The notes under the pieces were generated by a model. That model did no database searches, was not told where the DNA came from, and saw only the letters and a program-made list of their open reading frames with translations. A stretch of 64,000 bases of DNA from positions 116,436,001 through 116,500,000 of the forward strand of contig OX597814.1 in NCBI GenBank assembly GCA_951406725.2, given 5' to 3'. Positions 39,578 to 53,762 of this stretch are shown here, one piece after another. Position 1 is the first letter of the stretch. Each line of letters opens with the position of its first letter. The DNA is from Octopus vulgaris (Eukaryota). Position numbers and translations under genes: made by a program.

Positions 39578-39578
<1 letters not shown>
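37775..39578 (-). pseudogene. Penelope RT-GIY-YIG polyprotein with two frameshifts (~39217, ~37990)
   Basis: IIKPADKGGAVVV, LPKIHK, GRPIVS, MDIQSLYT, GVAMGTRMGP, RYIDD, CSRPRCRTC, IYCISC..LYIGQT, RFAEH..H, RREQELI. Confidence 0.93.
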
Positions 39579-39661
<83 letters not shown>

Positions 39662-39822
39662 GTGTGTGTGTATATATAACAACATGATAACGGATAGTGA
39701 AATCACCATACTTTCATTTATTGCTGATTGTTTGATATAGTTAATTAAGTTCGTTTAAAACTGTGTGCTTTATTGATTTCGGCCCGGATTTTTAAATCCC
39801 TTCTTTTACTTCTTATCGTATA

Positions 39823-39880
<58 letters not shown>

Positions 39881-39953
39881 ACATGCACACACACTCATAC
39901 ACACAGAGACTTATATATATATATACACACATATATGCATATATATAAATGTA

Positions 39954-40021
<68 letters not shown>

Positions 40022-40022
<1 letters not shown>

Positions 40023-42010
40023 TCCAAAAGTAGTGGAAGGTCCCGCCTAAAAACAACACTGATGGAGATTGAAAAAAGCCTGCAACAATCCTTCCTTAAG
40101 GGGAGAGCAGACAAAGAAGTCTGGGTTATAAAAACATTATGTCAAACTGAAGGGCCTTCTTTCATTATGCCAAAGAAACAGCCACAGTACCAAAAGAATG
40201 GCTCCCTCACAGATAGTCCAACTATCATCGGTGAGGTAATGAATGACCAGTTCAAAAGTGTCTTTACTACTCCGTTGGAGCACAGACGAGTGAACGAACC
40301 AGTGGACTTCTTTGCCGCCTCACCTATAGCCAGCGGGGCAGTTATGATGGATTACATCGACATTAGTGTAGAAGATATACTGCTAGCCATAGATGAGGTG
40401 GACGCAAACTCAACGGCTGTCACTGATGGTTTCCCAGCAATCCACCTAAAATCGTGGAAGCGTACCCTGGCTAAACCTCTATCGATTCTTTTCCAGAGGT
40501 TTCTTGCAAATGGTAGGCTGCCAAGCAAAGTGAAGCAGGGAATAATATGCCCAATCCATAAATAAAGAAGCAGAGCAGATGCCAAAAGCTATAAGCCTAT
40601 GTCCCTGACTTCACACATCAGCAAAGTCATGGAATGAATAGTCAAAGGGCAACTAATCGCATTCCTTGAAGAAAAAAAAAAACAATGTGAGTGATATCCA
40701 AAATGGCTTTCGACCAGGTAAGAGCTGCCTAACCTAGCTCTTACAGCACTATACCTGGGTGTTGAGGCAGTTACGCAACAACTCAAATGTGGACATAATA
40801 TATCTTGACATTGCAAAAGATTTTGATGAAGTGTAGTGGATCATGGTATCATATGCTACTAACTGCGGGATCTTAACATAGCTGGAAAACTTGGAGAGTG
40901 GTTACGTAACTTTCTGGGAGATAGAAGTCAGGCAGTAGTGGCCAATAGAGCTACTCCAAAGAAAACAAAAGTAGTGAGCGGTGTTCCACAGGGCACTGTC
41001 TTATGACCACTGCTTTTCATAGTGTCCCTCTCAGATATGCCCTCAATGGCCCGGATAGCCACCCTTGCTAGCTACAGAGACGATACGAAAATCTCGCAGA
41101 AAATACAGAACCACAGCAATGTTGCAACCTACAGCAGGAGTTAGACCCAATTTACAGATGGGCTGAGAACAATAATATGAAGTTTAAAGCTACAAAATTC
41201 TAAGCCCAGCACTACCAGCGTCCATAACTGAATATAAAACTTACAGGTTACTCTGCCCCACAAGGGTTTACAATCCCAGAGCCTACATCAGTGAGGGAGC
41301 TGGGTATTACCATGAATGATGATACCTCTTTCCAAGTGCACATTTCGAGGACGGCCACAAAGTACAGACGACTGGCTGGCTGGATCCTGAGAACGTTCAG
41401 GACCAGAGAAGAGGAAACCATGATGGTCTACTGGAGGACATTCGTCCTCTGCTGTCTGGCCCGCTGCTCCCAGTTATGGTCACCCGACTGTGTAAAATTA
41501 ACAGCGGACCTTGAAGCAATCCAGCGAAGCTTCACAAAGATGATCATCCGGTTGCAACAACTCAGCTACTGAGAAAGACTGAAACAGCTACGACTCTACT
41601 CCCTGGAGCGAAGGTATGAGAGGTATGCAGTAATATACATCTGGAAGGAATTGCGTCCAATTTTGCCATTGAAAGCTACACGAATGCCAGAACGGGTCAA
41701 CACTGCACTGCGCCACAGATCCCAGCACAACCATCGCGCTTCAGGACCAGTTACCGCAACAGCCTGGGTTTCAGGCACCCAAAGAGCCTGGGGGACATAC
41801 ACAAAGTGGATGTATGTGTTTTCAAATCAAAACTGGACGTCATCCTGTCGAGAGTCCCAGATGAACCTACCTCGCGGCAGAGATGAAGGCAATGACATCA
41901 AACTCCCTTATTCACCTAATACCACATATTAGAGGAGGCTCTCAATAATAAGAATGTAGCAAAACGGCGGTGCCCCGACACGGCCGCAGCTTTGTGCTGA
42001 AATCACACAC
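40022..42010 (+). mobile_element. decayed CR1/L2-group LINE, RT and 3' end
   Basis: DGFPAIHLK..LAKPLSILF, PIHK, YKPMSLTSHISKVME, GFRPGKSCL, IIYLDIAKDFD, SGVPQGTVL, YRDDTKI, LEAIQRSFTK; many stops. Confidence 0.88.
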
Positions 42011-42821
42011 ACAATATATATATATATAAATTATTTTATCTATTTTATTTTATTTTATTTATTAGGAAATACAGCCGAACTTTATACGTAGTAGGACCAT
42101 GGTAGTCAACGGTAGTTTGTACATATATATTTTTTACGATATTTTTTACGTTACTCTTAAGTTATTACGCACCAATTTTTACTTTGTAAATTATTAATTT
42201 TATCATTTGTAAATTTTCTTTTTGCATTTTGTCATTCATTCGTACTTGTGTACGTCCACTTTTAACTATAGTTTTCATTCGAATATATTTATTTGTCATT
42301 GCTTTCATTATTGTATCATCACAAGCATATATTTTAATTTTCATAACTACATATTATTAATTTTATATGAATGTTTATAGGCATAAGTCACGTTAGAATT
42401 TAGGTTTTGTAAATTTTTAATTTTTTAATTAAATTTTTTTTTAATATTTTTATTATTAATTTTTTTTATTTGAATTAAATTATGGCTTGCACAGTAAGGT
42501 TCAGCGAATTTATTTGCATATACGCACACTTATATGTTAAAATTAAAATATAGAATTTAGCATTGAACTATAGTCAAGTTATTTAGAAGCCTGGCGATTG
42601 GGCTTGCGTTTTAAGAAAAGTTCCTGTAAAACACTGCGTGCTTAAGAGACCGTAAAAGAATCTCAAGAAACACGTGTAGCAGAGATTTAGAAATGAGTAG
42701 TAAGTATTAAAATAAAATTCTTTTATATGGTGTGATGATGGGAACTGCTATCTCTAAATAGCATATATATATATATATATTTTTTTTTTTTATGTATATA
42801 TATATATATATATATATTTTT

Positions 42822-42887
<66 letters not shown>

Positions 42888-43097
42888 ATATATATATACA
42901 TTGAGCACATAAGTGCAAAACAAGGTAGAATAAATAGTACTGGAATACTAAACGTAGAGTCATACGCTTTTAAAAAGTTGCAAAGTTATCACAAAAATTG
43001 TTATTCAGAGATAGAAGTTCCCGCGAAATTCTACGTAAGAGTTCTTGTAATAATTTTGTAATTTTAATAAAAAAGTATATATATATATATATATATA

Positions 43098-43529
43098 GAT
43101 AAGAAAGTTGGTTTGTGAAAGCACGTGGTTGAATATATAGAAAATAGTAAAAAGTGAAAAAACTACAGAAGGCTTAAAGGTTAAAGAATATATATATTTG
43201 CGTCAATATGTCTGAAGAATATAAAATTTTTTTTCTTATAATGACATAGTTTAGAAGAAAGACCGGTTTCGCGTTTAGCTTTTCAAATTTCTTACGACGT
43301 TATGTTTATGTTGAATAGAGTTAACTTTATATATATATAACGTTAACTCTATTCAACATAAACATAACGTCGTAAGAAATTTGAAAAGCTAAACGCGAAA
43401 CCGATCTTTCTTCTAAATTATGTCATTGTAAGAAAAAAATTTTTTAATATTCTTCAGACATATTGACGCAAATATATATATTTTTTAACATTTAAGCCTT
43501 CTGGAGTTTTTTCACTTTTTACTATTTTT

Positions 43530-43531
<2 letters not shown>
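43098..43531. mobile_element. foldback PLE terminus pair (arms 43140-43325 and 43342-43530), each with a U3:A8 hammerhead-like motif
   Basis: AAGAAAT-TTGAAAA-GC-taaac-GC-GAAACCG(G/A)TC-TTTCTT at 43255-43294(-) and 43374-43412(+). Confidence 0.65.
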
Positions 43532-43593
<62 letters not shown>

Positions 43594-43689
43594 AAAAAAG
43601 GTTTGAAAATGCAATTTAAACGATGTTTATTTACTTAACCGGTTTCACTCTTTGGTAAAAGATTGTCAAAAGTTACATTTAAGGAAACA

Positions 43690-43915
43690 TTGAATAATAT
43701 GGGTTCAAAAAAGTTTTTTACATAATTGTCACATTGAATATTATGCATTCAAAAAAGTTTTTTACATAATTGTCACATTGGATATTATGGGTTCAAAAAA
43801 GTTTTTTACATAATTGTCACATTGAATATTATGCATTCAAAAAAGTTTTTTACATAATTGTCACATTGGATATTATGAATTCAAAAATGTTTTTTTATAC
43901 ATAATTGTCACATTA
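43690..43915. repeat. ~44-bp tandem repeat, ~5 units (mirror at 47753-47978)
   Basis: TTGAATATTATG(C/G)(A/G)TTCAAAAAAGTTTTTTACATAATTGTCACA repeated. Confidence 0.85.
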
Positions 43916-44492
43916 TTTGGGAAAATTTGGCAGAAAAGGATAAAACAAATATATTATTGGGAATTGGTTGCGTTAATTATTGGTTGTCGCAAATTGTCAC
44001 ATTACATGTATATATATACAATCTTTGGTATATATATACAGCGTTTTGATAGCAAAAATTAAAATGGATTTTTTGTACATCTCAGAATATTTTAAGTATG
44101 TTTTTACTGACCTGTCAGTATTAGCAGAAAGGCTGAACTGAGAGAACAGAAGAAGTAGCCAATGTGGTGTATACTTCCCCTTTATGCATGAATGATTTTG
44201 GGGTTATCAGGAGGTTAGTATGCGGGTGTGAATAGATGTGTCCGTGCCTGCTGGTCAGACAGCGTCTGTTTGTCACACACATATACATACACACAAACAC
44301 ACACACACACAACAACACACACACACACACACATAGTATACAAACACACACCACATACAAACAACACACACACACACAGAACACACACACCCTCACACAA
44401 CGCACCCACATATATCACATATACACACAGCACACAAATATAACATGTATCTATATATAACATACACAGATATATAACACACATACACACAC

Positions 44493-44525
<33 letters not shown>

Positions 44526-45091
44526 CACACGCACACATACATACATAATATAAATATCACACAAATACACCTAGCATATATATACACACATACAATACAC
44601 ACAAACAGCATGTAAGTAATATACATACACAATATATGCATGCAATATACATACGCAATACATACATATAATATATATATATATAGACAATGCATATACA
44701 TATATACACATATACATATAAATAGTGTTTACATACACATACATAGATGTACCACATATACACACAACACACATACATACAATGCATACACATACACGTA
44801 CGCATACATATAATATATATATACACACACACACACATAACATACATACACACACAATGCATACATATATATACACGCAAAGCATATACATGTATTCATG
44901 CACATATAGCACACCTACAATATACATATATACAGTGCACACATACACACAAATATATACACTTAATTGTACACGTACATATACAATACACATACATACA
45001 ATATACATATACACAATGCGCATGCAAATAATGTACATGTTTATACACACATAAACATGCAAATAAATATACACACACACACATACACATA

Positions 45092-45888
45092 CAACCTAGC
45101 GAGAAGAATCTGCACTATTGTCTCAAATGACACAACACGAAATAGAAGACTCCGGGAACTAAGGGCAATTCTTCTCGAAAGACATTACCCGGCATCACTA
45201 GTAGACAACGGAATAGAACGGGCCAAATCAATCAACATTCAAGACCTTCGAAAACCCAAACACATCCACAGTACAGTCAATAGCCTCCTTATCTCTCAAC
45301 ACACAACCCAAGGAATGCAGAAGCTTACACTATTATATACAACAACATTCCACAACTAAATCAAGACCCACGCCTGAAAAAAATACTGGCAGCTCATAAA
45401 ATAATAAAAAGTAAGAGACAACCTAAATCCCTAAAAACCTCCTCACCAACGCAAAATTACACAACACAAACCCACCGCCCACCATCAAAAAATGTGGTCG
45501 CCCCAACTGTAAGACCTGCATCCACCTCATTGAGGGATCGTCGTACAAGTTCCACTCGGGACACACATTCATCATAAAAAATAACTTCACGTGCGCATCA
45601 AAAAATTTACTCTACGTCATAAGGTGTGAAGGATGCCACGAAGACTACATAGGGCAAACGAGCCTTACCCTCAGAGACAGAATGACAGTTCACCGACAAC
45701 AACTGAGGGACCCCTCCACAAGACAGATACCACTAAGTGGACACTTAGACCTTTGTGCACACAATAAGTCCCCCAAATTCTTAGTCTTCCCACTATACCA
45801 ATGCTCGGACAACACCACAGACCAAACACGAATAAATAAGGAAAGTAATCTTATTCAAAAATACAGACCACAACTAAACATACTCTAA
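45092..45888 (+). pseudogene. Penelope RT thumb/linker + GIY-YIG endonuclease fragment (frameshifted)
   Basis: NLARRICTIVS..HYPASLV..; KCGRPNCKTC..FTCASKNLLYVIRC..DYIGQT..RMTVHRQQ..GHLDLC..KESNLIQKYRPQLN*. Confidence 0.88.
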
Positions 45889-46280
45889 CATACCCCCTGG
45901 AAGCACATCCAGAGCAAGCACACAGGGACGCGCGCACGCTCACAGCATATCGTGCGGGCGGGCACATGCGCGCATCGGCACGCATAGGACACACTAGCGG
46001 GCATTGACCGCACACATACGTGGCATGCACACGCATGCATTATATATATGTAGGTGATGTATGTGTGTGAGTGTTGTGTGTGTATGTGTGTGTGTGTGTG
46101 TGTGTGCACTGTGTGCGTGTGTGTGTATATGTGTGTGTGCGCGCGTTGTATGTGTGTGTGTGTGTGCACGTGTGTATATATGTGTGTGTGTGTGTGCACT
46201 GTGTGCGGGTGTGTGTGTATGTGTGTGTGTGTGTGTGTGTGAGCATTGTGTACGTGTGTATGTATTTACATATGTATCTG

Positions 46281-46324
<44 letters not shown>

Positions 46325-47124
46325 TGTGTGTGTATATGCATGGTATGTGTGTATATGTTAGTACTTTGTTTGTGTGTATGTGCGGCATGTAGAGATATAT
46401 TTGAGTGTGTACGCTATAGGTTTGTAATTTGTGTGTGTGGGGGGTGGTGAATTTTTTATATATATATATGTGTGTGTATGTGTGTGAAAAAATATATGTA
46501 TGTGCATGTATGTATGTATGTGTGTATATATATATATATATGTGTATATATATGTGTGTGTGTGTATGTGTGTGTGTGTATATTTATTTGCATGTTTATG
46601 TGTGTATAAACATGTACATTATTTGCATGCGCATTGTGTATATGTATATTGTATGTATGTGTATTGTATATGTACGTGTACAATTAAGTGTATATATTTG
46701 TGTGTATGTGTGCACTGTATATATGTATATTGTAGGTGTGCTATATGTGCATGAATACATGTATATGCTTTGCGTGTATATATATGTATGCATTGTGTGT
46801 GTATGTATGTTATGTGTGTGTGTGTGTATATATATATTATATGTATGCGTACGTGTATGTGTATGCATTGTATGTATGTGTGTTGTGTGTATATGTGGTA
46901 CATCTATGTATGTGTATGTAAACACTATTTATATGTATATGTGTATATATGTATATGCATTGTCTATATATATATATATTATATGTATGTATTGCGTATG
47001 TATATTGCATGCATATATTGTGTATGTATATTACTTACATGCTGTATGTGTGTATTGTATGTGTGTATATATATGCTAGGTGTATTTGTGTGATATTTAT
47101 ATTATGTATGTATGTGTGCGTGTG

Positions 47125-47173
<49 letters not shown>

Positions 47174-47993
47174 GTGTGTGTATGTGTGTTATATATCTGT
47201 GTATGTTATATATAGATACATGTTATATTTGTGTGCTGTGTGTATATGTGATATATGTGGGTGCGTTGTGTGTGGGTGTGTGTGTTCTGTGTGTGTGTGT
47301 GTTGTTTGTATGTGGTGTGTGTTTGTATACTATGTGTGTGTGTGTGTGTGTTGTTGTGTGTGTGTGTGTTTGTGTGTATGTATATGTGTGTGACAAACAG
47401 ACGCTGTCTGACCAGCAGGCACGGACACATCTATTCACACCCGCATACTAACCTCCTGATAACCCCAAAATCATTCATGCATAAAGGGGAAGTATACACC
47501 ACATTGGCTACTTCTTCTGTTCTCTCAGTTCAGCCTTTCTGCTAATACTGACAGGTCAGTAAAAACATACTTAAAATATTCTGAGATGTACAAAAAATCC
47601 ATTTTAATTTTTGCTATCAAAACGCTGTATATATATACCAAAGATTGTATATATATACATGTAATGTGACAATTTGCGACAACCAATAATTAACGCAACC
47701 AATTCCCAATAATATATTTGTTTTATCCTTTTCTGCCAAATTTTCCCAAATAATGTGACAATTATGTATAAAAAAACATTTTTGAATTCATAATATCCAA
47801 TGTGACAATTATGTAAAAAACTTTTTTGAATGCATAATATTCAATGTGACAATTATGTAAAAAACTTTTTTTGAACCCATAATATCCAATGTGACAATTA
47901 TGTAAAAAACTTTTTTGAATGCATAATATTCAATGTGACAATTATGTAAAAAACTTTTTTTGAACCCATATTATTCAATGTTTCCTTAAATGT

Positions 47994-48034
47994 AACTTTT
48001 GACAATCTTTTACCAAAGAGTGAAACCGGTTAAG
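47994..48034 (+). ncRNA. hammerhead-like motif, U3:A8 variant (mirror copy ~43632-43673 on -)
   Basis: ACTT-TTGACAA-TCTTT-tacc-AAAGA-GT-GAAACCGGTT-AAGT; palindromic ACCGGT. Confidence 0.55.
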
Positions 48035-48187
48035 TAAATAAACATCGTTTAAATTGCATTTTCAAACCTTTTTTCTTATATAATCCCACTCGTGCGATAC
48101 CCCACAACTCAACTTTTTTATATATATATATATATATATGTATATATAACATATATATATATACACATATATACATATGTATATATG

Positions 48188-48235
<48 letters not shown>

Positions 48236-48266
48236 GCATGTACATATGTATGCATGTATATATGCA

Positions 48267-48320
<54 letters not shown>

Positions 48321-48510
48321 GTAAATCCCCAAAACGAAGGCACAAACACAAAAAACCAACAATGTGAGGACATGGTACATGTAAAGTATTAACTGACGCT
48401 CAGGAAAGAAAAGAATGATGGTTTAACGTTTCGAGCAGTGCTCTTCTTCAGAAATAGAGGATAGTCCAATAGAAAAGGAAGACGGCAGGAGAAAATCCCC
48501 AACGATTCAC
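48321..48510 (-). mobile_element. solo PLE terminus with canonical-core hammerhead (48422-48454)
   Basis: Minus strand TTT-CTGAAGA-A-GAGC-act-GCTC-GAAACGTT-AAA, then TTCCTGAGCGTC..AATAC. Confidence 0.75.
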
Positions 48511-48560
48511 ACACACACATACACACACCTCCACACACATACATATACATATATATATAT

Positions 48561-48617
<57 letters not shown>

Positions 48618-49099
48618 TGTGTATGTATATATATATAATTATATATATGAATATTGATATATTCATATTTATGCATATGTGCGTGTGTGTATGTGTGTTT
48701 GTTAGTGTATGTGAATATGTACACAGCGTTTTGAAACTGAATCAGTTTTTATGCCACTGCTATTTTCAGAATGACTGAAGATAAGAAGATATGAACATTT
48801 TAAACCATTTACTTGATGTTATAAACGCCTAATCGGATGAAATAACAGCATTTGCATCCTTTTTGTATCACTCGTTGTATCAAGTTTGTTGTCAATCAGC
48901 TAACATCAGCAAGCTGTTCCAATGATAATACAATCCAGTATTACACAAAAATTTATTTAGTTTATAACTCGCTACTCGCTACTTCAGCAGTTTGATTCAA
49001 ATCTTTAGTTTCAAGCGTGATGCTAGTCTTCAGCCATTTTGAATTTTGTAGTGGCACTGGATATATATATATATATATATACATATATATATACATATG

Positions 49100-49150
<51 letters not shown>

Positions 49151-49308
49151 ACGTGTATACATGTATATATCGACATATACCAAAAAGAGTGGCTTCGTAG
49201 TTTCGGCTCACTCGTCTTCATCAGATATAAAAAATAAAGATTAAAATATGTATACACACAAACATACACTACACCTGTACGCACACACACATTCTCACAC
49301 ATGTACAC

Positions 49309-49339
<31 letters not shown>

Positions 49340-49664
49340 GACACACGTATGTACTTTAGAGTGTATCTATGTGTATAATTGTGTGTGTGTGTGCAATAAG
49401 AAAGTTAGGAATTCTGGAAAAATCGAGAAATCGTCTTCGTAGCTACCGAAGTGATAAGAGATACCTAGAGATATATAAATAATGTAGGAAATGATGGGAT
49501 GGAAGATGTTAAAAGTTTCTTAACGATATCTATCTAAAAACTGCTTGGCTTGCTTAAAGGAAACCTATATTTATATCGATGTGCGTATGTACGGTACACT
49601 TCATCATAGCAGTGGTGTACAGTCATATACATACCTTATACATACACACATACGAGAGTATAGT

Positions 49665-49710
<46 letters not shown>

Positions 49711-50192
49711 GTTATAAGAACTTTATCTTATTTCATACATATGACCATTTGTGCGTATATGTATATGCGTGTGTAAGTTAAATATATTACTACCGGGCGG
49801 CTTTTAAGCTAGCTCCTGTGAAAGGGCTCTTCATTGGGCCTCGGGCCCAACAATGACACTTCATGCATTGAGAACATTTTAAATTTTATTAAACTTGATC
49901 AATATTTTTGAAGCAATGAACAATTTTCATGGAAACAATAATATAATTTGTCAACTTGGACCTTATTGCAAAGCTGTATGACAGAAAACATTTTTGTCTT
50001 CCCATTCGAGGGTCAGTACAATTTTTTTTCTATCTAAACTCTTTCTTTATCTCTCTTTCTGTTGATTATTTTCAACCATCACCATCGCCACCATAACTTC
50101 AATATACATACCACTCAGACTTCTGACGCCACCACCATCACAACATTTGACTTTCTCGCCTTCCCCTCCACACACTGTACGTCTGTGTTATT

Positions 50193-50601
50193 ATACTCTT
50201 CTTACTCTTTTACTTATTTCAGTCATTTGACTGCGGCCATGCTGGAGCACCGCCCTTAGTCGGGCAAATCGACCACCAGACTTATTCTTTGGAAGCCTAG
50301 TACTTATTCTATCGGTCCCTTTTGCCGAACCACTAAGTTACCGGGATGTAAACACACCACCATCCGTTGTCAAGCGATGTTGGGGAGACAAACACAGACA
50401 CACAAACATATACACACACATACATATATATAGATATATACGACGGGATTCTTTCAGTTTCCGTCTACCAAATCTACTCACAAGGCTTTGGTCGGCCCGA
50501 GGCTATAGTAGAAGGCACCCAAGGTGCTACGCATTGGGAATGAACCCGGAACCATGCGGTTAGTAAGCAATCTACTTACCACACAGCCACTCCTACGCCT
50601 G
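50193..50601 (-). mobile_element. SINE family A, full length
   Basis: complete match to other copies. Confidence 0.9.
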
Positions 50602-53535
50602 TGTGGAAAATATGCTGTGCTTTTGCTTCGTACTTGTCATTAAGATTTAAATGATACGTTAGATTGTAGATTTGCAGTAGACAAATTGCAAGAATTATCG
50701 AGAAACGCAGAGAGATGATGCGAAATAGGAGCACATTGCTAGTTAAGTCGTTCATTAGAAACCCTTTTCCAGGAGCGACAAGATCAAGTAACCATACAGC
50801 ATGGTGAATTCTTGAGTTCTTTTGTCTTGACAAGTAGAATACTATTGTAAATTTCATAGACTTTTGCTTCAGCAATGTCTAAATCACCATGCTATTATTC
50901 AGATTGTGTAAGCACTTATAGCAAATTAGATCTGTATTTTTGCTATCAAATAAAAATATATCAAAATGGCATGATCCACTTCATATCAAATTTTGTCGAA
51001 AGACCAGCGAGTGTATTGAGTATGCATAAAATTTTATGTAGAAAAACCTGACATGTAATAGAGATTTTCAGCAATTTATATCACATACTGAAACCATTTT
51101 GTTGTGATTTTCTGACTTAACTCATTAATACAATAAATTATACAATGTGTTATTGTAAGAATCCATCACTATGTGAATCTTCATTATCGAAGTTGAGAGC
51201 GTATTCGATGCTGGATTTTCTCTCTTACCCCATTACCTGCCAAATCTTTTATTGATGTTGTTTGGCTTTGCCAGGTACCTTAGGATTTAAAATGATATAT
51301 AGTATTTAGGTTTTCTTCATAGGTGAATTGTTTTGGAAATTATGTTAAATGTTTCGCAAAGTTTCAAATAGGATCACTGAAAAAGAACATATTTATCTTA
51401 GGCTATTCAATTGCAATAACATTTTAGTAGTTTTTTTAAAGTATAGTAGCAAATGCGAAGATGTACGAAATATCAATGAATGATATACAGAGGAAATGCA
51501 AAAAAGAAAAACCAAAGAATAAAACACGTTTTCAAAACGGTCAGTATTTTTGTAGTTCAAAAATTGCTATTTATGACATAAAATGTCTTCTAGAATTAGC
51601 GAGAACTCATAATGACAAAGTTGAACTACTAAATATTGCTAAACACTTCTACAAATGCAATGTGCATAAGCAATTAACTTTAAATACAACGAACAACCGG
51701 TAGTTGTTCTAACAGACCCCCAAATGGGGCTCATGGAAGGCAATGGTTTAAAGAAGCGTGTGTAGTTGCATTAGCTCACATAACACGCAGTGTATTATTT
51801 ATTTCAATTGTAATGAACGACTGATGCAAAAATATAACTGTATAAATATTTCCTAAAAGTGTGACCCAAGTGCTTTTTTATGGATGTATAAAAACGTATT
51901 GCGGAAGCTTATAACTTCTTATCTCTTTCAATTCACCAATTATCTGGACATGCTTTGAAATATTGCTGACTGGTTGAAAATTAAATGAGCTCGCTTAACG
52001 CAAAATTTACCAAATATTTCTTTCTCTGTAATATATTTTGATTATGGAATCTGTTATTTATCAATTGCTTAATTAATGATAATGTGTTTTTTTGTGATAC
52101 TGTAAGGAGATTTTCAATAGACAGAACTTCGTCCTGGATTCATAAAATTTTAAATTCATATAATATTGTTACAAGCAATGATTGACTTTACTAACAGAAA
52201 AAACCTCGTAGAAATCACATTCGTTCAGGTTGAGGATAAGAGATTTATTTCCAGTGGAATTGCTTAAGGACCTTAGCATTTGGAGAGGCGAATGCATAAG
52301 ACAATACTGAGGGAAACTTAATCATAAATGGTCAAATTTCAGCGGGTAGAAAGGCAAAATCCAACAAGGTCGCCAAAGTTAATCTTATAGCAGTTCTGTC
52401 TATAATTCAGTACTCGCAGTCAGTAAATTATATTTCAGACAGTGACACTTATCGCGCTGAAAGTCATTTCTCACTATATTCCAAATTAAGCGCAGGTCAA
52501 TGATTCGAAGTTCCGCAGCCAACAAAGAGACAGCGGATCATTCTGAGATCCCCAGTGGTTTGCGCCAGTTGCAATTCCTATGTTGATTCTCATGTACACA
52601 TTCACACGTACACACGCACAAAAGCGCGCGCGTGAATAGTTTGAGAGAATAGAGAAAGGAAAAGTAAGGGAATGAAAGAGATGTGAGTTCTGTTGCGATT
52701 TGACAATCGTAAAATTGATTAATATACGTGGAACATAATTACAAAGACCGAAGCAATAATAACAACAACAACAACAACAACAACAACAATAATGATGATA
52801 ATGAAGATGATGATAATAATTTATTTCAAATATTGTCGTTTCAATATAGTAAATAAGAAGGATGTGCAATGCAGGAGAAAATATATTTAATTAATTTTTA
52901 AGCTCTAAGACGCCAGAATCGTAGACGGAAAATATTTGAAACGAAATTATGAACAGCACCAAAATTGTTATGAAATGTGCGGTGATTCAGTGATTAGCAA
53001 CGATGTGTGGGCTGTGTTATTCATATTATTCAATAACCCGCTGACAGTCGACAAACCTACAATGATTGTAATTCTGTCGATGCAGACATTTAATAAGTAT
53101 CGCTTCGTAAATATTCAAGCCAATAATTGTCCTCCATTTTGTCTTTATCAAAGTTTTCTTTTTATAAAAGTATTTAACTATTATATTCGGCAATGATTGA
53201 AATATCTTGTAACAGATCATATTACCATATTAATTTCACTCCCGTGTATATGTGACCAGTGGATATTGCTAGAATATAATACTAAGTAAGTCTTCCTTTT
53301 CAATAAATTTTGAGATGTAAATTTAATACCGTCTCTCTGTATTTTCAATGAGACAATTTATTACTCTATTTCAACATTACTAGAATATGTTAGTGTCAAC
53401 AAGTACAAATGTGAGTTCTTGTTTGAAGATTTTCACCCACATCCTGGATTTAATCAACATTAAGTGAAGGGTGATCGCTAGCAGTTAGCTTAAACCAGCC
53501 CTAATAGATCAGGGCTCTGATGAGAGTGGTTCTAG

Positions 53536-53762
53536 GCGTCGAGCTGGCAGAATCGTTAGCACGCCGGGCGAAATGCTTTGCAGTATTTCGTCTCTCGCTA
53601 CGTTCTGAGTTCAAATTCCGCCGAGGTCGACTTTGCCTTTCATTCTTTCGGAGTCGATTAAATAAGTACAAGTTAAGCACTGGGGTCGATATAATCGACT
53701 TAATCCGTTTGTCTGTCCTTGTGTGTCCTCTCTGTTTTTAGCTCCTTGTGGGTAGTAAAGAA
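53536..53762 (+). mobile_element. SINE family B with TSD AGTGGTTCTAG
   Basis: GAGCTGGCAGAATCGTTAGC..GAGTTCAAATTCC; TSD at 53525-53535 and 53763-53773. Confidence 0.9.

Larger units (their letters stand above)
36766..39578 (-). mobile_element. Penelope-like retroelement, 5'-truncated, in (TA)n
   Basis: RT + GIY-YIG ORF, long simple-sequence 3' UTR, terminal hammerhead-like motif. Confidence 0.93.
43588..48120 (+). mobile_element. Penelope-like element with a ~1.5-kb inverted copy of its 3' UTR at the 5' end
   Basis: 43588-45090 is the reverse complement of ~46563-48082; coding remnant between the arms; ~40-bp extra tail; (TA)n flanks. Confidence 0.9.

Noticed and set aside
37402-39740. + strand ORFs (37402, 37798, 38869, 39405)
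   Set aside because: Antisense shadows of the Penelope ORF and its purine tract.
42630-42684. Hammerhead around GAAACACGTGTA
   Set aside because: A palindromic helix III and possible stems are present, but there is no recognisable CUGANGA/UUGANAA core.
50576-50875. Hydrophobic 99-aa minus-strand ORF
   Set aside because: No convincing splice sites or homology; it runs into a SINE head.
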